From NCBI RefSeq assembly GCF_009914755.1, contig NC_060926.1: a DNA stretch of 64,000 bases; one strand, written 5' to 3'. The translations under genes and the position numbers were made by a program. Origin of the DNA: the human T2T-CHM13v2.0 reference genome, Homo sapiens. The notes under the pieces were generated by a model, which saw nothing but the letters and a program-made list of their open reading frames with translations, was not told the DNA's origin and did not search any database. Each line of letters opens with the position of its first letter. Position 1 is the first letter of the stretch. This document shows positions 39,267 to 52,719 of this stretch, piece after piece.

Positions 39267-42200
39267 TTATTAGTATTAGTATCAATATCAGCATTACCTT
39301 GGCAGAGCATACTCTAGAACACACTATATAAAATGCTGGTATGGAGTCATAGCCATGGTTAGGTAAGACAGATGGAATTTTTCATCAGGTGAAGAAATAT
39401 GGCAATATGTTCCAGACAGCAAAACTATTTTCAAGTGTTGGGCAAGGCCTCTATAAGAGGGTTGCAAAAACATCTGGATTGTACTGTTTTTTCCTCTGTA
39501 TGCCATCTTTAATTGCTCGAGATCTCTTTTAAACATGTATTTTTTCCCAATGTTTATATAACAAAGAAGAAGGCTCATGTGTAAGGCCCCCAGTATATTA
39601 ATCATGTAAAGAAGTCTTATGGGAAACGTGTAAAATTTCTCTTCTCATTTTAGCTCCTAATTAAGTAAGAGAGGATGTTGATCTCATTTAGAAGCCATTT
39701 TTAAGCCATTTCTTTAGTGAGTTGTACTTTGTCTTTTTCAAGCACAATAGGTTTTCTGCCGTTTAATTCATGCACTACATTAGTTAGACAAACTACTGGG
39801 TAGGTTCCCATCACCCTCATTACTCTAGCCCTGTCAGGGTGGGGGTGAGGTCATTTACACTTTCCTTCTGTTCCCACCAGCCACCATATTCATTTTATCC
39901 AAAGGCAAAAAAAGGAGGCTTGAATATTGAGGATCAGAAATAAAATGAGCATATTCCTCAGTGAGATTTCTCATCCATCTTCCTTCCACAGGTTGTAGTA
40001 TTAAATGCAAGATTATAAAGAATATGATTCCATGATTTTAAAATGTGATTTATAGGGTCTTCTCTGGACATAGATTAGAAAGCAGATATACTCAGTGCTT
40101 TTTAGGAGAACATAATGATTTAACTTCACAAAAAAAATAATACTAAGAGATTTTTATTGTACTCAAAGAAAAGAACTTCTGCTTTCTCCAATTATAGATT
40201 TAGCTTTTTTTTTTTTTGGCATGACAGTTTGGACCTATACAGCATACCAGCACTATTTTTTCCCCCAGAGAAAACCTGAAAAGTTGCCCCAAATATATTA
40301 ATTCTCACATTGTTTGATTTATGATAATAAATGTTCACCTGACAATTTAAATGTGAAATGGAGAACTAGTGACATACTGTGAAAGGCACATTCAACTGTT
40401 CAGTGCACTGCACAAAGGGAATACAATCACATCTGACTGCTCAACGCACTGCACAAAGAAAATTCAGTCAGTTCTGTGGAAGGGACAACTGTTTGTAACT
40501 GATTTCCCAAAAGAAATGGGATTTTTTTTTATTCACATAGTAAAACCAAATGCATTGCTGCATGCTCAAATTGCCTTCTTAGTTCTAGACTCATGGTGCT
40601 TGAACTTGGCCATGCCTAGGCCTCATAATTTTGACTAGATTGAGACAAACAAACAAACCAATGGGAGCATTTGAGGAAATTAAATTATGTCAGCAATAAT
40701 TCAGAAGATACTGGATATGAACCTAGATACTTTATCATTTGATAATGTCTTCTAATAAATTAATATTGCTTAATAGTAAAGATAGGCGTAACATAATAAT
40801 CTTTGTTTATTAATTGTAGAAATCACAGGTACTAATGATAAACTTTATGTTTTCAGGGAGACTTTCCACTTGTTTGTTTTTTTCTTATTTGGTCTTTATC
40901 ACAATTGTCTCAATTTTACAAATGAGCAAATAGATTCTGAAAGGCTTAGTGCTTTTATACAAGTCACAGTTATTTTAAGAACAGGGAAAAAACTCAAATC
41001 TATTGATTTCATCCCTCTCTATAAAACTCCCACAGGTCAACAATTTGTATTTCCAAAAACACAGCTGGAATCCAAACATCTCCTTGTCAAGTTAACACAT
41101 ACATATGGAGCTCTGTTTGCTCCATTTACTCCTAATGACTTAGCTACATGTGGGTGCCATTCTTAGCCTCAAACCTGTCATTTTATATATATGCAAATAA
41201 TATGTATAACTATATATGATAACTACCATTAATATTTATTAGAAGTAAAAAACATATGCCTCTAATAGGCAAAGCCAAAAGAAAGAATTTCCAGTCCTCA
41301 GGTGATTTTTAGTAGGAAGACCTGCTCACCTACCCAGGTACTTAAGACAATAGGACTCTAAGAAAATAATCTGTTTTGGTCCTTGTTCTTAAAACAAATT
41401 TCAGTATCATTTTGGGTATGTTACGTCAATTTTCAGATTTTTTATTATCTACTCTGGTTTCAAAAAATGTTTTGTTAGTTTTTGCTGTAACAAATGTATT
41501 GTTTCAATTCACTCTTATGTGATAAACTTTCAAAAAGTGCCACTTTGGAAACTGAAACAACACATAGAGTTTATACTAAATTGTGCTTTAAATTAAACTA
41601 GATGAAAATGAGTATAGCAAATACCTAATGTGGTCAGATTTACTAATGAAATACAGTAAACAAATATATTTGTATTTTACTTAATTCAGCATGATTCAGA
41701 ACTCATAAAATACCCTATCATTAGCAATTCAGCACAAAAGAGATGCACGGTTCTATCCCAGTAACCTCAGGTTAATCTTTGTAATTAAAACATTATCTTG
41801 TTTAATGACAATCTAGTTGCCAGTAAAATAAGGTTAATTGTTATTGAGGCTTGTGTTTCAGAATAATAGAGGGGAGAAATTTGTGGATTTGCAGTCTTCA
41901 TGGCAAATGTAACTGTAAAAAGCAAATAGATGAAAACCCTCCAATCTGCAAACTCTTGAAATTATTCAAATATTAAAATTTACAAATGAACTTGCGATGT
42001 GTGCTTAATTTCAAAACTCCATGGAAAGATACAAATCTGCGATTAGAGAATGCTGGACTGTTGAATTTTGGAGGCAGCCTAACGCTTAGTTGAGATGTTC
42101 ACGTTTTGTCTGAAAACTGGCCACATTGTGTGCACAATTTTTACTTTGTGATAAGCTTATAGCGCTGCTGACATAAAGAAAACTGCCTTAAAGATGATAA

Positions 42201-42837
42201 CTGATACGTCTTTAAGAAAGTATGCCATAAAACTGTGCATCATTGGTAAGAATTCACAGAAAGATCTAATTTAATTTAATTTCCCGCTTGCTTTAATCAG
42301 TGTATCGAATGATAAAAAATAGAAGCACAGCTTTTCACTAACTGGAAGATTTAATGTCTTAACAATAATTATCATTTTAATTCACTACCATATACTATTT
42401 TAGGCACTTTACATAAATCTTTTTATTAGTTTATGAGATATTCTTATCTACAGACAGGAAACCTTCAACTCAAAATTTCTGATTTGTGACATATTCTCAA
42501 AGAAGTGTTTGTCTCATTTTTGACAAAATAAGACAAATAAAATGATACTTGAGAATCTTTAGCATGTGCTCATAACCATGCCAAGTAAATAACAGACTGA
42601 ACATTTGGACTCAGGTTTCATGGACTTACACATTAAGCTAAGCCTGTTCTCGAAATGTGGTCCTTTCACCAGCATCATAGGGCATCAGCTTCATGCTGGA
42701 GGTGGACTGCCTTCAGCAGTCAGTAGCTTAAGAAGCCCCTCAGGACCTCTGAATGATTGCGATGCTGTCTAACTTTTGACCACCACTGAGCTGTTACATA
42801 GATAGATGCATAAATAGATAAAGATACAGATAAAGGT

Positions 42838-43028
42838 CAATGTTTTATTAAAATTTGCACACTCACTATCTGGGAATTTTGTAAAAACAGATTTGTAGGC
42901 CCACACTGAGAGATTCTAATTCCAAGTCTGAATATAGGTTTCAGGTGGGGTCCATGAATGCGTTGCTCAGGTTCCAGGAGATGCTGATTGATGCTACGGT
43001 CCAAGAACAACACTTTGAATGGCACTGC
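42838..43028. mobile_element. MER5A-like (hAT-Charlie) element
   Basis: AAAAACAGATT..GGCCCACAC..AGAGATTCTAATTC..GGTGGGGTCCATGAAT..CCAGGAGATGCTGA..GGTCCAAGAACAACACTTTGA. Confidence 0.7.
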
Positions 43029-44533
43029 CAATACTGTGTCAGGCTGTAAAGTTCAACATACGAGACCCAGCTAGAGAAATGGTAGGCTGGTAGGCTAAAA
43101 ATTGAATAGATTAAGGCCGTTATTTTGAGGGAGAAACATGACAACTAAATTAAAACAAGAATGATGTGAAAGAGAGCTCATAAGAGTCACAGAAGGCTAA
43201 ACTGCCCAAAAAATGTTCCCGGGCACTGTTGGGCTTGGGAGTAATGAAAAGATTTGCAAATTCTGATCCAGAACCTTTGGCGTGCGGGAGGCTCATAGCT
43301 TATCTTCCAGGAAGCCCTTTACTCTATGAACCAATTTCATAATCTCTCTTAACAGTTACCTCATTTCCATAGTGGAAACCTTTCCTGACTTCTTTCTTTG
43401 GCTCAAAACTTCTAACCTGTGAATGATGTACTTCCACAGATGTGCTAGTCTCTTTTGATATCCAACAAAACATTTATTGAGGAACTCCTGCTGGCTACTG
43501 TTGGCATATATTATGTTGATTCTGGTCCTGATTTAACTATGGGTTTTGTCAATGCCAATTCCTTAAACATGGATCTTTGTCATTTTTAAATCAGTTTTAT
43601 TCCCTTTAGGTTGTTTATTGGATTTTTTAATTCAACTCACATTTAATTTCCTTTTTCTTTTCTATATATCTCATGTGGACTTCTTTAAGCATCAGCCACA
43701 TCATAAGGATAATGGCATATTGTTTAGAAACATATTAAGTACCTTATTGGTACTTAATGGCATATTAAGTCTAAACTTAATGGCATATTAAGTTTAGAAA
43801 CATTTGGTACCTCATTGATGGGGTTATTCATTTATTCATTCCAATTGCTTGAAATATGTCATGAAAGTTCTCATTCCTGCCCCTTACTCACAGTGTATTT
43901 GGCAAAACTTTGAAGGCCATTGTGTTGGAACAAACAGAAAGCGCAATATTCGCATTGTAGTTAAGAACATCCTGGGTTTAAATACTAACTTTCTCAGTTT
44001 TAGGTATTTCACGTTGCACTGTTGCTTAGATTCTCCATTGTGACCAAGAGAATGTTTATATCTTACGACTGTAGTAGGGACATTTAATTTAATAATTTGT
44101 GCAATGCCTTTAGTGCCTACTATGTGCCAGAAACGTACCAACTACTATGCCTGCTAGTTATTATTTATTTAATGAAGTGTTGATTCACTGAACTCAAATT
44201 AAATTATCCTTGCTATCCTTGCCTTTCTGTTCTTCATGCCAGGTACTCAGTGAGGACAGTCTGCCCATGGCCCACCTCCCAAGGGTTGTCAATTATGCAA
44301 ATGAGTCACCCCATTTAGTAATTAGTAATGTTTAAAAGGAAAGCCCGGGAGATTAATGCGATAGCATACATTACGGTTTTGGAATTTTAAGCACAGGGCA
44401 CCTGGTTTTGGTAGGCGTCTTTCTTTCTTTCCTTTCTATTTTTCTTCATTTCTCCTCTTTTTTTTTAATTAGCCAAACCTTCTTCCCATTGCATTTCATA
44501 TCCTCTAATGTGAATAACTACTTGATCTACTAG

Positions 44534-44561
44534 TTTGTTTGTTTGTTTGTTTGTTTGTTTG
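44534..44561. repeat. (GTTT)n microsatellite
   Basis: About 7 GTTT units. Confidence 0.9.
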
Positions 44562-44862
44562 TACAGCCAGCCCTTCTGGTGCCATTTTAGGGAAAGAACA
44601 CAGAAGCACTGCCTAATGAGTGAAGTCATCACGATTTCCTATCACCTTTAATTGTCTGAAGAAAATGATTGAGAAGCAGCAATCTTCAAAAACAATTGAG
44701 GGCAATCATGTTGTCGAATTTAAAATCATTTCTACTTCAGAGAAATTAAACTTTTTTTCTTTTCTAACACAAAACAGTAAATGAATCAAAAATCCTTTTC
44801 TTTTTTACCCAATATATTCTAATGCTTAATGTACTTGCAATACAACTTTCATTTTCTCAAAG

Positions 44863-44960
44863 GCAGGTCAAGTGAACCCAACAATAAAATTATATGTTGT
44901 AAACCTGTATGGACCAACTCACACTTTGGAGCTCATGCCACCTGACAGCTTTAAATCAAG
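44863..44960 (+). CDS. DPP10: DPP10 coding exon (probably exon 10), 98 nt: AGQVNPTIKLYVVNLYGPTHTLELMPPDSFKS(R)
   Basis: Acceptor TTTCATTTTCTCAAAG|GCA, donor AAG|GTATGC; continues YPK|AG..NP motif in phase 0. Confidence 0.96.
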
Positions 44961-46371
44961 GTATGCAATTTCAATTTCACTTTTATGGGGAAATAGATAT
45001 TTTCACTCCAATTATCATTTTGTTGCAATTTAGAGAGAGATGTGATCAGCTCAACAAATCCACTTGAAAATAAAGCTGAAGTTGCCTACATTAGTGAGGA
45101 ATGAAGTCATTCTCGGTCTCTGGCTGTTCCTAGGAAGCATTTAGCTCCAAGGTGATTATCAGCACCATACAATGACTGAAGAGGCTGATACTGAGAATTA
45201 GGTCTTTTGCTGGAGATGTGACAGAGATGGGAACAAAAGATCATTTTCCACTGAATTTTCTTCAAGAAAATAGTTGCTCCACATTTTTTTTGAAGGTGTT
45301 CATTAAAAGTGTATAATCTCTCTGGAATTTGTGAGTTTTTCCAACTTTCTCCCCATAGTTTTGCCAAAGATTCTCTAGCTTTCTTCTCCAGACATTTAAG
45401 AATTTTTTTTTCAAAATATCCTATGTATGAAATGCTTATATTTAAGAAACTTGATCAGGGAGAAAGTAAACACATTTTATTGGGTCAGAAGCATAATTGT
45501 AATATTAGCAAAATCTTCAGTAGTGAACAACTAATTAAATAATCATGTGTATTTTGAAATCCATCATGGTTTCAGACTTCAAAAGTGATTCTTTCAAATA
45601 CTAGAGTCCTTTGGAAATTTATCACAACCCTAGAGATGGGATAGGCAGCTGATTTAGAAAAATGTTTTCACATTATATTGAATGATGTGGGGATAAGTTC
45701 AAAGTTTATTTTGATGATATCGATAATCAGGGTGATTGGTTCCCACAGAAATTTCATTCAAATGTTGTTTCATTGACATTATTTAGAAAAAATTTCATCC
45801 CAGTTGGTCATTTTCACAGAGAGTGCAGCCTGATGTGTGTGGAAATTTTACGTACTTGAAAAGGTAATAAAGGTTTATGGAATGCTTACTCCAGAAGACC
45901 CTCATTAACTACCTAATATAAACTTCTCCTTCTACTGATGGAAAAGATAAATCCCAGTGAGAGTAAATGATTTAGATTAGGGGCTCAGGACTCATTGATA
46001 AGAAAAGTAGAAAATGAAGTAAGGACTCTTTCATCAGGTTACAGAGCATTTCATCCACGTTGGATGGAAGACCTTAATAATAGGCCTGAATTGGCATATA
46101 ATGTAATACAGTTGACCAAATCAAATAGTAACATTTATTTCTGAGCTTGATCTAGCAGCCATGAATGGTTACGTTACAAATGAAACAATGATGGATACTA
46201 TTGACATTTTATCTGGTCCTTAACTCTTATCTTTTTCTCTGGTTTGTTTAATGCTATGGAATAACAGAAAAGGGAAATAGACTAGGAGTGCTTGAGTCAC
46301 ATGTCTACCACCATTTCATTTGTCTCATTGGATAAATCACTTTACCTCTCTCAGGGCTGAATCCCCTTGTC

Positions 46372-46672
46372 TTTTTTTTTTTTTTTTTCTTGAGATGGAG
46401 TCTCACTCTGTCACCCAGGCTGGAGTTCAATGGCACAATCTCGGCTCACTACAAGCTCCGCCTCCCAGGTTCACGCCATTCTCTTGCCTCAGCCTACTGA
46501 ATAGCTGGGAGTACAGGCACCTGCCACCACGCCCAGCTAATTTTTTGAATTTTTAGTAGAGATGGGGTTTCACTGTGTTAGCCAGGATGGTCTCAATCTC
46601 TTGACCTCGTGATCCGCCCGCCTTGGCCTCCCAAAATGCCGGGATTACAGGCATGAGCCACTGTGGCTGGCC
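46372..46672 (-). mobile_element. AluY, antisense
   Basis: CAAGCTCCGCCTCCCAGGTTCACGCCATTCTC and TTAGCCAGGATGGTCTC Y diagnostics; TSD CCCCTTGTCTT / CCGCTTGTCTT. Confidence 0.93.
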
Positions 46673-49600
46673 CCGCTTGTCTTGAAATAAAATTTCTAAT
46701 TTTTTTCCTTTCAAAAAAAGTTTGCAATGGGAATCAAATTTACAATATCCATGTTTCTTTCTAAAAGGAGCTCTTGATTCCTGACCTTGATTTTTTTTAC
46801 CTATTTGTATAAATATAAACATATATAAATTGAATTATTAATAACATACTTTCTTCATGTCCTATTAAGTTAATCAAATGTCCTCTCTTCTCTTTGATGT
46901 TTGTGTTGTGTTCATAGTATAGCTACCTGTACAGTTTAAAATACTGCCTAAACTCTCAATAGCAGAATATTTAAATAATTCATTTTATAATAATTTACAT
47001 GTTTATGGGTTTTTTTTTTTAGTATGTTACTTAAGCATCTGGTATATTTTTATAATCTTTAGGTTATCTGTGAATTGACAGCCAATAAGTGAATCATATT
47101 ATGTTTCTCAGTACAGTTATAAACTATCATTTTTTTCTTTTTTAGTACTTTTTTCCACCACACCTAAACCACAAATATGATCATCTCTTAGTTTTCTTGT
47201 CTTAATAAAATCGCCAAAATGACTACAATAATAATTGAATACATATATGATTATGTCTATATAAGGAGGAATAATAGTAAGATAAATATAGAAAGATTTT
47301 TTTCATGACTTCCACTACCTTATAAACCAGATTCTCTGACCTCCACACTGGAGAACAACATTTTTTTGTTGTTTGAATTGAAGATCTTAGGTCCTTTTTT
47401 TGGTCTGTCTGATTGCTTATTTGGATGATTGGTTTCCTTATTTATAATAACTAGTGTTTATCACTGTAATAGAAAAAGTTCCCCAAGCTAGTATCATTAT
47501 CCCTTCAACCCAATACTTATACTCACCAAAGACTGTAAAATACATTTTAATTAATTTATATGATTTAGAAAGAAATTAAAAGGATAAGATAATCTACAGA
47601 AAGACATAATTTCTTCTCCTAATTCTTACCCTCATAGTCTCTTCAATTGTTTTATTTATTTATGTCTGATTCAGCTGAAGTCATTTCATCAATTTAGACA
47701 ATGAGTGCAACTTTTCCTCAATAATAATTCAGTTCAGACTCATCTCATCACCATTCAGTTTATCTTTACCTGAATCACAGTCTGTATTGATTCTGAAAAG
47801 AATGTAGCATGGTAGGAACTAAGATAATGCCCCTTTTTGAATATCCCCAGAACTAGTGGGAGTTGGATGGGTTATCTCATCTTGGAAGGAAGAAACATTT
47901 TGTCAAATTGTTGTACTGTGCACTTAAGGTATTGCAATCACACAATACCTTTATTAGAAAATTTAAGTGTGAATTTTAAAATATATATTTACTTTCCAGG
48001 GAAATTTTATCTTATGATAATGAATCATGAAGATTTTCCACAGATTGGATAAGTCACATTAATTTGGAGAAGTGATACGTGGTCATTTGTGTAGACCTCT
48101 CTAGTCTGAAGAGTAAAAGTAATGATTTGTCCTTGGTTTCTTCTTACTCTATGTCCTTAGCATTATTTTACTTCTTAGAAATCTTTCTGTAGTCACTTAT
48201 CTTTTGTGACCCATTGTTCTCAACCTGCATCACTGATTTAACATGGTCATTTTGCCCCTGTGACTCTGGGCTTGACACTGTCATGCTTTCTCTCCCTATT
48301 TCTTTAAGTATATCTAGCCTACATCTCTTACTCTTCCAAGGAGTATCTGTGCCTTCCAAGAAAATCTAATTAATAAATTAACCCATGTTCATGGAAGTGT
48401 CCTGAATAACCCTTCTGACAAGTAATGCATAGTTATTAACAGAGGTCTTTGTAGAACGCTAGCTATAATTTGGTCATGAATACCATCACAATATACTTAT
48501 GGGAAGACATCACAGATTATCTAGAAGAAAATGAGCTCAAAGTAACTACACTGCACAAATATTTTGGTGTAAACACAGAGCAATGATTGGACAGGAAGGC
48601 CATGAAAACACGGTGTAACTGCTAACATACCTGTCTGCAGGTGATGCTGGGGCCTCCATTCCACATAACCTTGTGGACAATTAGATCTTCTGTGCCAGAC
48701 CACCCAGCTGATAGAAAGTCTGTTGACTTGAGTGCAATCCCTCTAACTAGCTTGTCTCTGTCTCTGTGGCTCAAGAGGACCAGATCCTCGAGGACTTCCT
48801 GGGTAATCCAGAGCCATGGAGACTAGGAACAAGCAGGAAACCCAGTTATAAGAAAGGGACACTTCTGCTGGCCACTGGTCGTGGAACACCAGATCTAATG
48901 TGTTCATGAGATGGAGTTCCAGGAGGACAGCTACATCTGCAGCAGGCAGGCCAACGAGTGTGACATTTCCAGGTAAGGGTGCTTCCCTACTCCCTCATTC
49001 AGAGACAGCCTGAATACTTATGAGTAAGCAAGATCAGTCAATATGAATCACAGGGAGATGTACACCTAGGCTCCTGGGGCAAGGAAAGAAAGGATATAGG
49101 AAGTGATTGAGTTAATAGATATATCTTTCCTCCCTGCCTATGTGTCAAGCTCTACTTGAGCTTCCATTTTGGCTATCTCCAACACCTTCATATAGAAATT
49201 TCAGTGGTTTGAAATGGTCGTTTGTTAGACTTTACCAATTAAAATTTGTGGAGAGCTTTCATTCTTCAGATTGTGTTTACCATGTGCAAGGTCATTCTTG
49301 GGTATAAGCAAGGTTTGTAATGAGGTATCTCACATCAGATTATGCTTTGCTTATGACCGTAAGCCACATTATGTAAAAACAGACACAATAATCACAATAT
49401 TTAATCAAAGAGAACTATAAGTATATTGCTGTAAATTAATGATTTTCAAGTTAACAGTTTACAACTAAGTTAGTGTTCCCTTAAAAATCAGTTATTCACC
49501 ACATTTGTACTCGTTGGCTTTTCATTCTTTTCCAAAGATTAAGTTCTTTTTTTTAAGTCAAAATTTGGCATCTTAGCTAATAAATATATTCTGTCATGCC

Positions 49601-50567
49601 TGTGAGGTGTTGCAAAGATGTTCTTGTAGCATTTCATTTGAGACCAACTTTGAAAAGGAAAGCTCTCAAGATGAATGTTTAAATTCTGTTTTGTTGTTGG
49701 TGGTATTTATTTTTAAAATTATTCATGTTAGTTTGTTACCTCATATTGCACAAAATATAATATTATGGCAGGTAATTGAGACAAATTTCTGATTATATTA
49801 GAAAAGCAACTATATATCAGTTCAATATAGAGTTTACCAAAAAATATGACCTTCTTGATTTTGCAGTCTTTGGTTAGTTGTTTACAATATTCAAATTAAT
49901 TTTTTACTTCAAATTTCAACAACATTTATATCAATTATTCAGCATTTCAGCACTTATTTTCTGATTATTTATAGTACTTACTATCATTTTTCTATAAACT
50001 AAATTCTCTAGAAAAATCTATTAAAGGTTAATACTTCATTTTCTACTTTTTAATATTCACATTGCTAAATATAATGGTGTATGCAAAATAATCGGCTTAA
50101 ACGAAACACAGTGAAAGTGAACAGGACACTGTTCTTTGCAGGATCACAAGGCCTATTGATATGGACAAAGATTATACCTAAGCCAGCTGCATATTTGATT
50201 CAATGTTGCCTTATTAACTCTACTTCGGGCACTTTATGTTTTGATTTCACTGAGTTTAAAGGCAGTTTTCAAGCAGAGCTCAGCTAGTTGTGGCAGCTGC
50301 CAGATGTCTTGAAGAAATTGTTGAAAAAAATATTACAGCCTTCCTTGTATGTCAAGTTATGCTTGCCCTTCTACTGACATCTTCACTTTGATAGGCTAAC
50401 AGGTTTTCTAGAGGAAACAGTAGCTACTCGGTAATGTTAGATATGTAACATTCATGTAGTTGTATATCTAACCCAGATACCTCTAAAGACAGGCAATTTG
50501 TATCAAGAGGTTATTTTTCTGTAGTTGATATTTTTCTAAGTCATATAAAACTGGGTTAATTAACTGT

Positions 50568-50878
<311 letters not shown>

Positions 50879-50946
50879 AAAACTAGTTTAATTAGTTTTA
50901 ATACAGTACATTGATGACACTTTCCGTGACACGTGGATGGCTGTTT

Positions 50947-50997
50947 CTTCTGAGATCAGATGAGATTGGGCATGTTCAGGATGGTATGGCTGTAGAC
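50947..50997 (-). pseudogene. 5S rRNA retropseudogene, 3'-truncated (first ~51 nt), tailless
   Basis: Minus strand GTCTACAGCCATACCATCCTGAACATGCCCAATCTCATCTGATCTCAGAAG vs 5S rRNA GTCTACGGCCATACCACCCTGAACGCGCCCGATCTCGTCTGATCTCGGAAG; differences are mostly CpG decay; 15-bp TSD. Confidence 0.93.
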
Positions 50998-51954
50998 TGG
51001 ATGGCTATTTCTAAAGTAACTGATCTGTTCTGAAACTGGGCAAGTTTTTAGAGAAGTTTTTTTAAGTTTTTATCATAAATGGATGAGTATTGATGATTGC
51101 ATTTTGTTGCGTGTGAGTTGGAAGCTTTGTGACATATTGTATACCTGTCCAAATGTATGTGTTACAAAGGAAGATATATAAACTTTCCAATCACCAGTTA
51201 CCATGAGGACATAATTGGCCCCATAAATTATATCTTTATTATACCAAGAATTTAATAGACTCCCATCTTCTTTAATTTGATTCATTTCTTGTTTAAAAAT
51301 GTTTCAAATAAATAAGATAATTAACAATATGGAAAAAATTATGTATTAAAAATTGGGACTGGTCCTTGGTCTACAACTGGCAAAGACCAAAACAAACCAT
51401 TCATACCTTGGTAGCCAAAGTCCCCACGTATGAAGTGAAATAACACAGAGGTTATGTATAAAGGATATAATTATTAAGCCAGGAATAATCTTTGCCTTTT
51501 AACTGGAAGAGATTATTCTTGATGATTCATTGATTGTGATTTTAAAGAAAAAAATAACATACCTTTATAAATGTATACTTGTTTTGCACTTAAAGGAGTA
51601 CTAATCAATAGAAAATTTTCATAAATATCTAGCATGTCATTATTTTGATTTTTCCAAGAAATACTTTTCTGGGAAATAATTCACTCTCAAATTTGTTCTC
51701 AAATTATCTGTATATTTGTATACATATGTATACATCCATGTGAATACATACATACACATATATTTGTATTTATATATGTAAATATTGAAAAGAGCAGACA
51801 TCTATTTATCTATCTATCTATACATAAATTAATATGTAGCAACATCCTTATAGTGGTTCAGTTATTCTTATATATAAAATGGCAAATGTATATTGTTGGT
51901 ACTATATCAATGCTCTGGCTCTAAACATACATTTTAATTTTGTTTCCAAACTAG

Positions 51955-52078
51955 AGAATACTATATCACTATGGTTAAATGGGTAAGCAATACCAAGACT
52001 GTGGTAAGATGGTTAAACCGACCTCAGAACATCTCCATCCTCACAGTCTGTGAGACCACTACAGGTGCTTGTAGTAAA
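51955..52078 (+). CDS. DPP10: DPP10 coding exon (probably exon 11), 124 nt: (R)[41 protein letters not shown]
   Basis: Acceptor TTTTGTTTCCAAACTAG|A, donor AAA|GTGAGT; phase 2 fits the previous exon; WLNRxQN family motif. Confidence 0.96.
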
Positions 52079-52719
52079 GTGAGTATAATTTATTTTTCTT
52101 TTATGCCTAAAATGAAGTAGCTTATGCAGCTTTACAAAGGGGAAACAGGAAATGCTTTGTACAAAAAAAATTCAGTGTTTAACTTTTAAAACTAATAGGA
52201 AAAGAATTATTCTATTAAGAATATATACTTTAATTTATAAAGCTTCCAAACTTTGAAGTGAACAATATTGATGATAAGCAGAAGAGAACAAACTGAGCTT
52301 TTGAAAACCAAATTAATTTTTATACAGCATGAAGTATAATCCAAGCCACGTTAGCTTCTTTCTCAGATATGGAATTTTTCTCCATATTTTGTCTTTGATT
52401 ATCTTGAGAATATAAGAAGTTTCTTTCCTATCTTCTTTAAACATATTCCTTTTAATTTTTTCTGTAGTTCAGATAGATCTGATAAAATAACAGTGTTTCT
52501 GTACTGAAATTAAGTAAAACAAGTAAAAAATTGGTTCATGAACTACTCTGTTTTGAAATCAGGTTATATTTCAATTCTTAATACCAGTTTTTGTAAACTC
52601 TGTGGTAAATTCAATGTGTCATTTTTAAGATTCCTGGTAGAGAAAACACTGCAGTAAGTTTAAACGGTTATGTGTATGGTATTTGGGTAAAGCATTTTTA
52701 GATTAACAACTGAATTTTC

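Noticed and set aside
44861-44866. Alternative acceptor AG 4 nt into the exon (AAG|GCAG|GTC)
   Set aside because: Would shift the frame; the upstream AG gives the expected protein and there is no evidence of use
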